64,000 nucleotides of DNA, taken from IMG/VR virus record IMGVR_UViG_3300027708_000013; one strand, written 5' to 3'. How positions within the stretch are numbered: position 1 is the first letter of the stretch; every line of letters begins with the position of its first letter. Shown piece by piece: positions 26,685-36,074 of the stretch. The notes under the pieces were generated by a model. That model was given only the letters and a program-made list of their open reading frames with translations. It was not told the origin of the DNA and made no database searches. The stretch comes from a virus. Taxonomy: Duplodnaviria; Caudoviricetes. A program made the translations under genes and the position numbers.

Positions 26685-26942
26685 TTAATTGATAGTGACA
26701 CCACTGCTAGACATCACAGTGATGGTGGTGTTTTTATCTGTTTTACTGCCTTTGAGAGCAACGGGTTTACCGTTGATGGTTACCCCTTCGCTGAGCTCGC
26801 TTTGTATGATTTTGCCATCTTCCAGCCGACTGCCCTTGAGTGCAACGGGTTTACCGTTGATGGTCACGCCAGCACTGACTTGATCAACGATGGCTTTGTT
26901 TTTGTCATCCTTGTCGTCTTTGAGTGCTGGTTGTTTACTCAT
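26685..26942 (-). CDS. PAAR-like spike-tip protein
   Basis: Three units PALK...S.GVTIN / KPVALKGS...; 23-bp exact duplication at 26758-26780 and 26842-26864. Confidence 0.7.
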   Translation of the reverse strand: MSKQPALKDDKDDKNKAIVDQVSAGVTINGKPVALKGSRLEDGKIIQSELSEGVTINGKPVALKGSKTDKNTTITVMSSSGVTIN

Positions 26943-27265
26943 TAGATTACGATCCCACCACGTGTGACTGGTTCAATCCCGGTTGTGGCTTTGATGTAGT
27001 GATTTTCCATTTGATCCACTGTGGGAGCCAGTATCATAACGTGCTGACGGCTTATTTCTATGTTAGACTCCGGGTCAATGCTGAACATAGACGCCATGTG
27101 CATGGGCACCAACATGACACCTTGCTGACTGGGCACCACTACGCAAGGTTTACTTACTACATAAACACTGTCGGTGATTTCCCTAATTCGAGCAACTACT
27201 TCCTCGCCATTGGTCAACTTGAGACTTGCAATATCAATAGAGATAGTATTTCTTGAAATTAACAT
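26942..27265 (-). CDS. Sm-like-fold small protein of T4-like phages
   Basis: LKLTNGEEVVARI...Y..T.GI pattern. Confidence 0.55.
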   Translation of the reverse strand: MLISRNTISIDIASLKLTNGEEVVARIREITDSVYVVSKPCVVVPSQQGVMLVPMHMASMFSIDPESNIEISRQHVMILAPTVDQMENHYIKATTGIEPVTRGGIVI

Positions 27266-27266
27266 G

Positions 27267-27512
27267 TTATCCTTTTAATGATTGAAAAAATTCTGGTGAT
27301 TGCGATTGTAGTCCCTGTAATCCACCGGGTATCAGTAATTGTCCATCCTGGTAAATTTGTGGAACACTTCTGTGTCCTTCGCTCAGCATGAATTCTCTGG
27401 CCGCAGGTTCCTCGTCACACTTGACTTCGGTATAGGTGATGTTGTGTGCATCCAATAATTGTTTTGCTTGCTGACACTGTGGACAGTGGTTTTTTGAGTA
27501 AATTGTTATCAT
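27267..27512 (-). CDS. glutaredoxin (NrdC/NrdH-like)
   Basis: YSKNHCPQC and SVPQIY; in the nrd operon. Confidence 0.92.
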   Translation of the reverse strand: MITIYSKNHCPQCQQAKQLLDAHNITYTEVKCDEEPAAREFMLSEGHRSVPQIYQDGQLLIPGGLQGLQSQSPEFFQSLKG

Positions 27513-27519
27513 AGTTTTC

Positions 27520-28278
27520 CTATTGGTTTAGTAAATTTTTATTTTTTATATGTGCCAGTAACATATCGGCCCACACCGCATGAGTATCAAATCCCGGATG
27601 GAATCCATCACCTTCTAGATCATTTCGGGCACAGGCCAGTTCGTAAATACCATCTTGACGACTGTTGGTAAATACCCACGAATCAAAGTCAATTTGATCC
27701 ACTAGATATTTTAAATCTGTAAATTGTCCAATTCCAAAATCCAATTGTGCCACTTGTTTTTCTTGGGTCCAGTAGTTTACATAACTACTCATGATGTAAG
27801 GTATATTCTTTTGTTTTAAATAATTTTGTAAACTAAGAATAGATAGCAACGTATCTTGAGCCATGCTACGTTCGTTGCTGTACTTGTACAAAGGATCAAA
27901 TATTTCTCTAGTGGCTGGATGATGTTGCCAACTGCCGTTGACGCCTCCACTGAGTATATAACTGGTTTGATGTCCGGACCAACGTATGAATCCATAACCA
28001 TCCAATGCCGACATAACAGTTTGATCTTCGTGATCCACCGACACATCCTTGCGGGTCAACCCCGACCACATGATGATGGCCAACGACGGTGACGTCCGCA
28101 TGTAACTGTCTAAAATTAATTTGTTGCCAATGTAACCATTACCGGCACCGGGCATGCCGTTGTTTTGTAACTTTACTTCTTGCCCAAAGTCGTCCTGCAT
28201 ACTGTTGGCCAACAGGTGTGGCCAACCACGCTGTTGAGCATAGGTAAAACTGCAACCCACTGTGTATAAATTTATCAT
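27520..28278 (-). CDS. SGNH-hydrolase-like protein
   Basis: VGCSFT (block I), PGAGN (block II), C-terminal DGFHP (DxxH). Confidence 0.55.
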   Translation of the reverse strand: MINLYTVGCSFTYAQQRGWPHLLANSMQDDFGQEVKLQNNGMPGAGNGYIGNKLILDSYMRTSPSLAIIMWSGLTRKDVSVDHEDQTVMSALDGYGFIRWSGHQTSYILSGGVNGSWQHHPATREIFDPLYKYSNERSMAQDTLLSILSLQNYLKQKNIPYIMSSYVNYWTQEKQVAQLDFGIGQFTDLKYLVDQIDFDSWVFTNSRQDGIYELACARNDLEGDGFHPGFDTHAVWADMLLAHIKNKNLLNQ

Positions 28279-28284
28279 AGTGTA

Positions 28285-29385
28285 TTATAAATTAGGCAAT
28301 TCTGCATAGTCAATAGAATCGGACATGATGCCGATTACATAGTTTGTTGATTCAGACTCCTGCAGTGCTGTTTGTTTTTTACTGGTGTCTGTGTGCTTGT
28401 TAAACCATGGAATTGGAGTCGATTTGGGTGCGACCTGCTGGTATTTGATGCCGATATCCTTCAATGCTGCCGCAGCAGTGTAATCCACAAAATCCTTAAG
28501 TATATTGGCATTGAGTCCAATCACAGGACCCTTTTTAAACAGATATTCGGCCCAGGCCTTTTCTTCACGTATCACATCGGCATACATGGCATATACTTCT
28601 GCTTCACAGGCGGCCTTGGCTTCTGCAAAACGAGAGTCTTCTTTTGTCACTTGATTGATTAAATAGGCTGTCCAGCCCTTGTGCAACAGTTCGTCCTGTA
28701 GTATCAAGCTGATGATGTTGCCATTGCCAATAAAGATTTTATTTTCCACCATGGCCAAACTGGTGGCAAATGAAACCATAAAGCGTAGGGCTTCCAGTGC
28801 GTAACTGGCATTCAGTGCCAACCAAACGGCACGAATGTGTTGTTGTTCATCCACTGCTGTTCCAGATTCTTTTAGGCAATTTAGTTTATGCAGTTCATCG
28901 TAGTAGTTGCCAACGGTTGCGGCCATGTCAATGATTTCTTCAGTGTCGTGTATGGTATTAAACACATCCTTGGGTACATTGTAGATGTTGCGTATGATGT
29001 GACTGTAACTTTTTGAATGAATATTGGTTTCAAAAAATCCCCAGTTGTACATCAAGGCTTCAACTTCAGGTAGGCTACACACCGGAGTAAACACCTGTGT
29101 TGGGCCGCGACCCTGTAGGCTGTCTAGTGCTGTCTGTCTCAACAAGTTGCTGGTAAAAATATGCTTGACTGCATCACTGGCATCTTTAAAGTCATTGCTA
29201 TCTTTAGTTAGGCTAATTTCTTCTGGTTGCCAAAAGAATCCTCTGGCAGTGGCTTCAAAGTCAGCAATCTTAGGATAGCGTACTTCTTCAAATCTCTGTA
29301 TGGTCACAGGACCAGCTGGGTCAAGAAACATCTTGCGACTGGTGTAGTTGGTTGGTGTTCGTAAATTGTATTGTTCTTTGCTCAT
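28285..29385 (-). CDS. nrdB: ribonucleotide reductase class Ia beta subunit
   Basis: FFWQPEEI, DSLQG, ETNIHSKSY (radical Tyr), LEALRFMVSFA, DELLH, ALQESE. Confidence 0.96.
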   Translation of the reverse strand: MSKEQYNLRTPTNYTSRKMFLDPAGPVTIQRFEEVRYPKIADFEATARGFFWQPEEISLTKDSNDFKDASDAVKHIFTSNLLRQTALDSLQGRGPTQVFTPVCSLPEVEALMYNWGFFETNIHSKSYSHIIRNIYNVPKDVFNTIHDTEEIIDMAATVGNYYDELHKLNCLKESGTAVDEQQHIRAVWLALNASYALEALRFMVSFATSLAMVENKIFIGNGNIISLILQDELLHKGWTAYLINQVTKEDSRFAEAKAACEAEVYAMYADVIREEKAWAEYLFKKGPVIGLNANILKDFVDYTAAAALKDIGIKYQQVAPKSTPIPWFNKHTDTSKKQTALQESESTNYVIGIMSDSIDYAELPNL

Positions 29386-29630
29386 TGTATTCTCTTGTTA
29401 ATAAGTTTAATCCCGCCGTATGTAACTAGAACGAGTGTTAGTACCTTTGCAATCAATTGCCATTCTACGTTATTATCGGCTTCTATGTCGATTTTTGCAA
29501 TCGGAGTATCTACGTTTACCTTTAATTCTATGGGAGCAGGTCGTGCGGCTTTTTCTTGACCGTATAAAAACATTACTGTTGCCACGCCAATCATTAAACT
29601 GATCCAAATTGATATTATTAATTTTTTCAT
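29382..29630 (-). CDS. small two-TM membrane protein inserted between nrdA and nrdB
   Basis: Two hydrophobic segments; ATGA overlaps at both ends. Confidence 0.65.
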   Translation of the reverse strand: MKKLIISIWISLMIGVATVMFLYGQEKAARPAPIELKVNVDTPIAKIDIEADNNVEWQLIAKVLTLVLVTYGGIKLINKRIQ

Positions 29631-31948
29631 AATTTACAGGCCTCGCAGGATTCTTCACCATCAAAGTCAATCGGTTCTAGCATTGGGGGTGTTTCTTCTG
29701 CTTCTGCTTTACTACCTGCTTTATTCACGAGGCTATAATAAAAAGTTTTTAGGCCCCAGGCGTGTGCCTGCATGAGATTTTTGGCAATCAGTGTGGTTGG
29801 TACTTTACGATCTGCAAAATGTGCAGGATTATAAAAAGTATTTGTACTGATACTTTGATCCACATAGGCTGCAATCACTGCCGCTGTTTTTAAATAACCA
29901 TCACAGTCTTTCTGTTCCCACATGAGCTGATACCGGTTCTTTAACTTGTGATATTCAGGGACTACTTGTACGAACGATCCTGCTTTGCTTTCCTTGACTG
30001 AGATTAAACTCATGGGCATTTCAATACCGTTGGTACTATTGATTACAACACTGCTTGATTCTACAGGTGCCACTGCCATTAGGGTGGCATTACGCACACC
30101 CCACTGGCGCATGTTGGTTCTCAGTGTTTCCCAATCCAGTTCAGGGGCAAAGTCTGCCAGGTCATTTACACCTCGGGCTCTTAATTCCCACGGAAATACA
30201 CCTTGACCATAACGAGTGTGTTCACTGTGCAGGCAAGCACCACGTTCTCTAGCCAGTTCCACAGTGGCTTCTGTTAGATAAAATGCTTGGTGTTCCATCC
30301 ATGTTTTAACATCTTGTAGGGCATCCTGCTCGCCGTATCGGTAACTGCGTTTGGCATGCCAGTAAGCCAAGTTGGTGACGCCAATGCCCAAGGGCGATAT
30401 TTCGTCATTGCTGAGTCGGCTTTGTATACTTAAAAAGTCTTGATAGTCAAGTATGTTGCATAGGCTACGTTGTAGGATACGACAAGCACGGCGCATGTCT
30501 TCGGGATTACGGAACGCACCCCAGTTGATTGAACCCAGAGTACACAAGGCAATTCTGCCGGTGTCGTCATCTAATCTCTTAAAAGGTTTGGTGGGCAATA
30601 GAATTTCGCAACACAAGTTACTTTGATAGATTGTATGATACTCAGGATCAAATGGACCTTGATTCATGACATTGTCAATGAACACAAGATAGATACGTCC
30701 GGTATCTGTGCGTTCTTTCAGTATGCCTGACTTGAATACTTCTTCGGCACTCATGGTCTTGGTACGCAGGTCTTGACGCTTTTCGTACTTGACATACAGT
30801 TTTTCAAACTGTTCTGTGTTTTTATAAAAAGCTTCGTACAAGTCAGGCACTTCATTGGGATCAAAGAATGTAATGTCTTCTTTGTTTTTAAAACGTCTCC
30901 AAAAGAAAGCACTCAACACAACACCATAATCCATGTGTCGGACTCGAGTTTCTTCTGTGCCTTGATTGTTTTTTAATACAATTAAATCATCAAACTGATG
31001 ATGCCATATGGGATAGAACACTGTGGCACTTGCATTGCGAATACCACCTTGACTGCAACTACGCAGGTCGCCAAACCACTTTTTCAAAAAAGGTATCATA
31101 CCTGTGTGCATGATTTCTCCACCACGTATGGGCGAACCCAAGGGACGCAAGCGACCAATTTCCAAACCAATGCCGGCACGTTTACTGGCATACTTGGCCA
31201 TCATTTCGCCCGATGCAAATATGCTGTCAAGATCATCGTCGGCCTTGATCAACACACATGAACTAAATTGTTTTGTAGGAGTACCCAAGCCGGCCAGCAC
31301 TGGAGTGGCTAGAGTAAATAAACCATCACTGGCACAGTTGTAATATTCTTTGATATAACGCATACGTGCCGAGTTGGGTTCTTCTCTATGGAACACTGTG
31401 GCTGCAGCAATCATGTATCTAATCTGCGGAGTTTCGTATGTTTGTCGTGTTGTACGATTTTTAACAAGATACTTCTCAATCAACTGCTCAATAGCCGCAT
31501 AGCTGTACTGTTCATCTCGATCGTGATCCAGCATGTCGTTCATTCTATTCCAGTCGTCTTCGGTGTACCATTCCAGCAGTTCACTGGTGTATAAACCTGT
31601 GGCAACATTTGTTTTTACAATTTCATATAAATGAGGCACTGCATAACTGCCATATACATCTTTACGTAGCATGCTGAGTCGCTGTTTGCCTGCCACGTAT
31701 TGATAGTTGACATGTCCGACATCTGGGTTTGATTCTACATCAATCAGATCCACTATGGCTCGTAATGTAATTCCGTCAATTTCTTGTGTTGTAATGCCAT
31801 CATAAAAGTGCGGTTGACTTTTAATTTCTATCATACTCTGACTGACATCAGCAATGCCAGTGCATATTTTAGTAATTTGTGCTTGCCACTTTTCTACTGC
31901 CAACGGTTCTCGTGCGCCGCTTCTTTTTGTGACTTGAATTTGTGTCAT
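29627..31948 (-). CDS. nrdA: ribonucleotide reductase class Ia alpha subunit with ATP cone
   Basis: VTKRSG ATP cone, TPVLAG, FSSCVL, SNLCCEI, GLKTFYY, C-terminal CEACKL. Confidence 0.97.
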   Translation of the reverse strand: MTQIQVTKRSGAREPLAVEKWQAQITKICTGIADVSQSMIEIKSQPHFYDGITTQEIDGITLRAIVDLIDVESNPDVGHVNYQYVAGKQRLSMLRKDVYGSYAVPHLYEIVKTNVATGLYTSELLEWYTEDDWNRMNDMLDHDRDEQYSYAAIEQLIEKYLVKNRTTRQTYETPQIRYMIAAATVFHREEPNSARMRYIKEYYNCASDGLFTLATPVLAGLGTPTKQFSSCVLIKADDDLDSIFASGEMMAKYASKRAGIGLEIGRLRPLGSPIRGGEIMHTGMIPFLKKWFGDLRSCSQGGIRNASATVFYPIWHHQFDDLIVLKNNQGTEETRVRHMDYGVVLSAFFWRRFKNKEDITFFDPNEVPDLYEAFYKNTEQFEKLYVKYEKRQDLRTKTMSAEEVFKSGILKERTDTGRIYLVFIDNVMNQGPFDPEYHTIYQSNLCCEILLPTKPFKRLDDDTGRIALCTLGSINWGAFRNPEDMRRACRILQRSLCNILDYQDFLSIQSRLSNDEISPLGIGVTNLAYWHAKRSYRYGEQDALQDVKTWMEHQAFYLTEATVELARERGACLHSEHTRYGQGVFPWELRARGVNDLADFAPELDWETLRTNMRQWGVRNATLMAVAPVESSSVVINSTNGIEMPMSLISVKESKAGSFVQVVPEYHKLKNRYQLMWEQKDCDGYLKTAAVIAAYVDQSISTNTFYNPAHFADRKVPTTLIAKNLMQAHAWGLKTFYYSLVNKAGSKAEAEETPPMLEPIDFDGEESCEACKL

Positions 31949-31956
31949 TGAATCCT

Positions 31957-32406
31957 CTAATATTCTTGTAATTTTAAATCCGTACTGCTGTAAGTTTTAA
32001 TGTGTGTTAGATTTTTATTTATTGAAACAATATTTACTACTTTGCCATCCTGGAAATTAAGCACATATTTCCCTTGATCCAAAACGACTAAATTGTAAGT
32101 GTGTTGTGTGTTGACATCATTATATACCTGTATTTCTGATTGCAAATCAGATCCGTGTTGCGTAAAGTATATAGTATACAACATTCCAGCCGCTCGAGCA
32201 AGATCACAGTAGTAATTTTCCGCAATCAACTCCCAAGGCGTGGGCCAAGCATCGGGGTAGTCTGGGTCCAAATAAAAAGGACAAAAAGGACAACTGTGCC
32301 AAAAATCACTCACACTTTGCAGTGCCTGATCCACAGGCAAGGCGTCTAGAGTTTTTCTGAATGCTTTCCAATGAGCAGTCCGCTCACTGGCTGGTAATTT
32401 CCACAT
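31957..32406 (-). CDS. conserved hypothetical phage protein
   Basis: ORF track; WPTPWELI..NYYC motif. Confidence 0.7.
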   Translation of the reverse strand: MWKLPASERTAHWKAFRKTLDALPVDQALQSVSDFWHSCPFCPFYLDPDYPDAWPTPWELIAENYYCDLARAAGMLYTIYFTQHGSDLQSEIQVYNDVNTQHTYNLVVLDQGKYVLNFQDGKVVNIVSINKNLTHIKTYSSTDLKLQEY

Positions 32407-32409
32407 GAA

Positions 32410-32961
32410 TTATCGTACAGTGTTTATTTGATACAGCATGTTTGTTGCTGTGGTTGTGGTATAATACAGGTTGGCTTGAGTGGAATTGGCATTGGCTGAA
32501 AATACAATATCCGTAGCAGCAGTTTGGTTATAATCTTCATCGTAGGCAATGGTACTGCCTGATGCAAGTCTTGATAAATGAATAGCACCCGAGCGTTGCA
32601 CACTGCCCTGTGTCAAGGTATAATTAATTGTGGCATTGTTGCTGGTAACAGTGGTGAGTTGACCCGATGACGCAGCAGATAATGCCACAGACACTGTGGA
32701 GCCAAGTTGTCCCTGGATTGAAGCTACATTGCTTTGTAAGCCTGCAACGTTACTTTGTATGGCGGCAATGTTGGCTGACCCGCCAGTGGTCATTATTTGT
32801 GTTCGTCCACCGGGAAGCGGGGCTCCTTCGCTGGCAGTTCCGTTGCCGATCCATAATTCATTTGTGTCGGTACTCCAACCAAATTCGCCTGAACTTAAAG
32901 TTGGGAGGTCTTGACTGAGTCCCCTGCGTATCTGAATGCGACTTATTTGAGTTATTGCCAT
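32410..32961 (-). CDS. putative baseplate/tail structural protein
   Basis: ISRIQIRRG...L..GEFGWSTDTNELWIGNG fibre N-terminal motif; CTAAATA box at 32988-32994. Confidence 0.6.
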   Translation of the reverse strand: MAITQISRIQIRRGLSQDLPTLSSGEFGWSTDTNELWIGNGTASEGAPLPGGRTQIMTTGGSANIAAIQSNVAGLQSNVASIQGQLGSTVSVALSAASSGQLTTVTSNNATINYTLTQGSVQRSGAIHLSRLASGSTIAYDEDYNQTAATDIVFSANANSTQANLYYTTTTATNMLYQINTVR

Positions 32962-32990
32962 ACTTAAATATTCCTAGTTGTATCTAGTAT

Positions 32991-33701
32991 TTAGTTTGTG
33001 AGATAATATAGCTCAACTCTCTTGTTCCATTGATCAGCATAGTGATCAAATTCTGCACCTTCCAGTACAAATTCTTGATAAACTGGGGTATTGTACACAC
33101 CTGGTGTAATTTCTTTTGGTTGCACACACATCATAACAACACCTTTACGAATGTTGGTTCCGTGTGTTGCATTGTGAGCTTGAGCATAGGCCGTTAATTG
33201 TATAAAATAGTCGTCAATATACTCACGTTTTTTAAGTTTGTTGCTTTGTTTGTAATCCATAATGGCAGGCTCACCACCATGCACTCCCACTGAGTCAGTT
33301 GTGCCGGCATATAATCCACTGTAGTACACCGGTACTTCCACTCCCCATACTTCATTGATGGCGGCAAATCCGTCTAGGATTACCTGTGCTGCCATTAGCC
33401 AGCTGGGCATGGCAAAAGGATTGGTGGGCGGGTCACGCATGTCTCCGGTTTTGACATAGTGTTCTAGATAGGTGTGCATCCTTGTGCCCCTATTGGCAGC
33501 CTCTGTGGTGATTTGTTGGGCACGTTCCACACCTATGCTTCGTCTCCAGCGATCCAGTGCATCACGACTTTCTTGACTTTTTGTTCGATCCAAGATTGAT
33601 GTTACACTGGCAACTTTAGATCCGTCGGGTAAACAGTAGTGTCTTTTTCCATCTATGGTTTCACGGCTCAGGGGTTCATAATTGTATCGGGATATTAGCA
33701 T
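32991..33701 (-). CDS. PD-(D/E)xK exonuclease (phage exonuclease, Cas4-like fold)
   Basis: SVTSIL, RGTRMH, YAGTTD, IMDYKQS, QLTAYA. Confidence 0.85.
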   Translation of the reverse strand: MLISRYNYEPLSRETIDGKRHYCLPDGSKVASVTSILDRTKSQESRDALDRWRRSIGVERAQQITTEAANRGTRMHTYLEHYVKTGDMRDPPTNPFAMPSWLMAAQVILDGFAAINEVWGVEVPVYYSGLYAGTTDSVGVHGGEPAIMDYKQSNKLKKREYIDDYFIQLTAYAQAHNATHGTNIRKGVVMMCVQPKEITPGVYNTPVYQEFVLEGAEFDHYADQWNKRVELYYLTN

Positions 33702-33717
33702 TGGTTAAATAATTGTT

Positions 33718-34782
33718 ATGGGCACTGTTATTACTGTGTCAAACTCGCAGAGATCTGAGTTTGATTTTTCCGTTCTTGAAATTAACTCTAAGTATAACAT
33801 ACTTATTCACTGTGTCTACGACCCTGTCAACCACTTTGATGAGGAATTCGCTTTTTTACATGACGCTGCACTAGATCACAACACGTTGGTGATACTGTGG
33901 CATGCTGTGGAGCAGGGCTGGTGGGAACAGGCATGGATAGAAAAGCTCAGTAGTATTGTGGCTTCTGCCCCATATAAATTAGTACTGTTGACTGGTAGAA
34001 GTCATCGGCTCAATATCAACAAACGATATCCACATCAATTTGATATTAAATTTTTTCCAGTGTTTGACATACGATCGCAGAGCATATTTTCAGTTAATGA
34101 TATCCCAGGACCACAACCGATCAATACTGTTAAATCTAAAAAATTCATGTGTATCAATGCCAAAGATGCTGCTCATAGAAAATATATATTAGGCACATTG
34201 ATGAAACATGGTCTCTTAGGTCAAGGCACTGTGAGCTATCAAGGTAGACCGGGTCTACAAACTGAATTTGAATCCATGCATGGATTTACCGCAGATCAAT
34301 TAGAACATGTCAAACAGATAAGTGATCCTGTGTTACCTATACAGCTGGACCACAGTGATTGGGCTGGTTCATTGTCAAGAACTCTTTTTTTAGACAGTTA
34401 CATAAACATTGTGGGAGAAACACACTTTATTAATTTGCCACGTGACAGTAATGCCAGTTTTGTGACAGAAAAAACATTTAATGCCATTATCAACAATCAA
34501 ATGTTTATCATTGTTGGACATGCAGGTAGTTTGGAACTACTACGGCATTTGGGATATCGCACATTTGACGGGGTTATTGATGAAAGTTACGACACCGTGC
34601 TGGAAAATAATCTTCGGTTAGAAATGGTGGCCAAGGAAATTGTAAGATTTCTCTCTAGGTCCATTGAAGAAATTCAACAGGACTATGTTCAAGTACAGGC
34701 CGCGATACAACACAACAGAGACCTGTTGTACAGTCAAAGTTTGCAAACCAGATTACAACAATTAGTCAACCAATTCGGTTAG
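33718..34782 (+). CDS. glycosyltransferase-like protein (TEK-motif family), paralogue of 3239-4426
   Basis: INIVGETH...FVTEKTFNAI...FIIVG...LRHLGYRTF..VIDESYD; own TTAAATA box at 33705-33711; inverted orientation. Confidence 0.55.
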   Translation: MGTVITVSNSQRSEFDFSVLEINSKYNILIHCVYDPVNHFDEEFAFLHDAALDHNTLVILWHAVEQGWWEQAWIEKLSSIVASAPYKLVLLTGRSHRLNINKRYPHQFDIKFFPVFDIRSQSIFSVNDIPGPQPINTVKSKKFMCINAKDAAHRKYILGTLMKHGLLGQGTVSYQGRPGLQTEFESMHGFTADQLEHVKQISDPVLPIQLDHSDWAGSLSRTLFLDSYINIVGETHFINLPRDSNASFVTEKTFNAIINNQMFIIVGHAGSLELLRHLGYRTFDGVIDESYDTVLENNLRLEMVAKEIVRFLSRSIEEIQQDYVQVQAAIQHNRDLLYSQSLQTRLQQLVNQFG

Positions 34783-34787
34783 TGCAT

Positions 34788-35108
34788 TTATACTCTAAAA
34801 CTTTCCCCGCAACCGCAACGGTCACGTTCTTGAGGATTATTGAATTCAAAACCTTCATTTAAACCTTGACGTACATAGTCTACTAATAGCCCATCTAGTA
34901 TCGGAAGATCTCGTGGATCCAACACAATTTTAAAACCGTCAGACTCAAATATTAAATCAGCGGGCAAGGTGGCGTCTACATATTCCAACACATAGGCCAG
35001 TCCTGAACAACCTGTGGTTCTTACTCCAAGTCTTATACCTATGCCTTGACCTCTGCGATCAAGATTGGTGGCAATCTTACTAGCGGCTCGGGGTGTAACA
35101 TGTATCAT
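34788..35108 (-). CDS. iscA: Fe-S cluster assembly A-type carrier IscA
   Basis: GCSGLAY and CGCGESF. Confidence 0.93.
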   Translation of the reverse strand: MIHVTPRAASKIATNLDRRGQGIGIRLGVRTTGCSGLAYVLEYVDATLPADLIFESDGFKIVLDPRDLPILDGLLVDYVRQGLNEGFEFNNPQERDRCGCGESFRV

Positions 35109-35479
35109 TGTTTGTTTTTATAGTCTGCTATTGCGGCTCTTATGGAATCTTCAGCCAAAATCGAACAATGAATCTTGACTGGTGGCAATGCCAACTCTTG
35201 GGCAATTTGTGCGTTGTCTATCTCCAAGGCCTGATCTAAAGTTTTACCTTTGACCCATTCTGTAACCAGACTGCTTGACGCAATGGCTGAACCACAACCA
35301 TAGGTCTTGAACTTTGCATCTGTAATGATGCCATCTATTACTCGAATCTGTAGACGCATTACATCACCACATGCAGGAGCTCCAGTGAGTCCTGTTCCCA
35401 CTGCAGGGTCATTTTTATCAAGTGAGCCAACATTTCTTGGATTTTCGTAATGATCCAGCAACTGTGGTGAATATGCCAT
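35105..35479 (-). CDS. iscU: Fe-S cluster scaffold IscU
   Basis: MAYS...DHYENPRNVG, GAPACGDVM, FKTYGCGSAIASSS, LPPVKIHCS; start moved to ATG 35479. Confidence 0.95.
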   Translation of the reverse strand: MAYSPQLLDHYENPRNVGSLDKNDPAVGTGLTGAPACGDVMRLQIRVIDGIITDAKFKTYGCGSAIASSSLVTEWVKGKTLDQALEIDNAQIAQELALPPVKIHCSILAEDSIRAAIADYKNKQ

Positions 35480-35610
35480 TATTGAATACCTTCTGTGTGT
35501 TTGTGTTTTAAGGACTTTTTGAGAGCTTTGAGCCAAAGTTCTTTTTCCTTGGCTTTGTTGTGATCAAAGCAGGCTTGAAGCAACTTTTTGGCTATTTTTT
35601 TAACCTTCAT
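35479..35610 (-). CDS. 43-aa basic protein (MKVKKIAKKLLQACFDHNKAKEKELWLKALKKSLKHKHTEGIQ)
   Basis: Not in the track; TAATG overlap with iscU; extended -10 TGTTATAAT upstream. Confidence 0.55.
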   Translation of the reverse strand: MKVKKIAKKLLQACFDHNKAKEKELWLKALKKSLKHKHTEGIQ

Positions 35611-35654
35611 GATGTTGGTTCTCCGGGGTAGTGTACTGCTTGATTATAACAGAA

Positions 35655-36074
35655 TTAACCGCGTTTGCCTAGAGCACGGTTGGCCATACTGGATACTGTT
35701 TTTTCAGGTGCTGTTTTAACAGCTTCACCCTCTTCACCAGGTACCTCAACATCGCTGTCAACAGGATTGATGAAAACATACTTTTGCCCATTTTCATCGT
35801 CTTTGATATTGGCAACAATGCTTTTTACTGCTTCGTTGTGTTGTTTGGCTTTTTGCAGTGTTTCCAATGTGAATGCTTCTGCGCCAGGTTTACTGCGTAC
35901 CAGGTTGATCAGTGCTTCCACAGATATTTTTGGCACTGTGGCATGATCACTGCTGTACTGTAATTCTCTCAGTGTGTCAATCAATGCATCATTGGCCGCA
36001 TGGTCGGCGTCATCTTCAACAAAACCGGCTAGGCCATCTTCATTTAATCGACGGGCAAATTCTGTAAATCGCAT
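35655..36074 (-). CDS. putative internal head protein (MRFTEF...LNE leader)
   Basis: Leader resembling a T4 capsid-targeting sequence. Confidence 0.6.
   Translation of the reverse strand: MRFTEFARRLNEDGLAGFVEDDADHAANDALIDTLRELQYSSDHATVPKISVEALINLVRSKPGAEAFTLETLQKAKQHNEAVKSIVANIKDDENGQKYVFINPVDSDVEVPGEEGEAVKTAPEKTVSSMANRALGKRG

Noticed and set aside
28285-31948. Introns, inteins or homing endonucleases in nrdAB, common in T4-like phages
   Set aside because: Both proteins have normal length and continuous motifs; the intervening ORF is a small membrane protein.
32991-33701. Cas4-like nuclease as a sign of a CRISPR-Cas locus
   Set aside because: No repeat-spacer array or other cas gene; it lacks the Cas4 four-Cys cluster and matches stand-alone phage exonucleases.
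16604-35479. Bacterial chromosome or prophage flank suggested by rpsU, clpS, hsp20, iscU/iscA and nrdAB
   Set aside because: These genes are isolated from their normal host operons, several follow TAAATA late boxes, and they are interleaved with phage structural and replication genes; no integrase or att site was seen.
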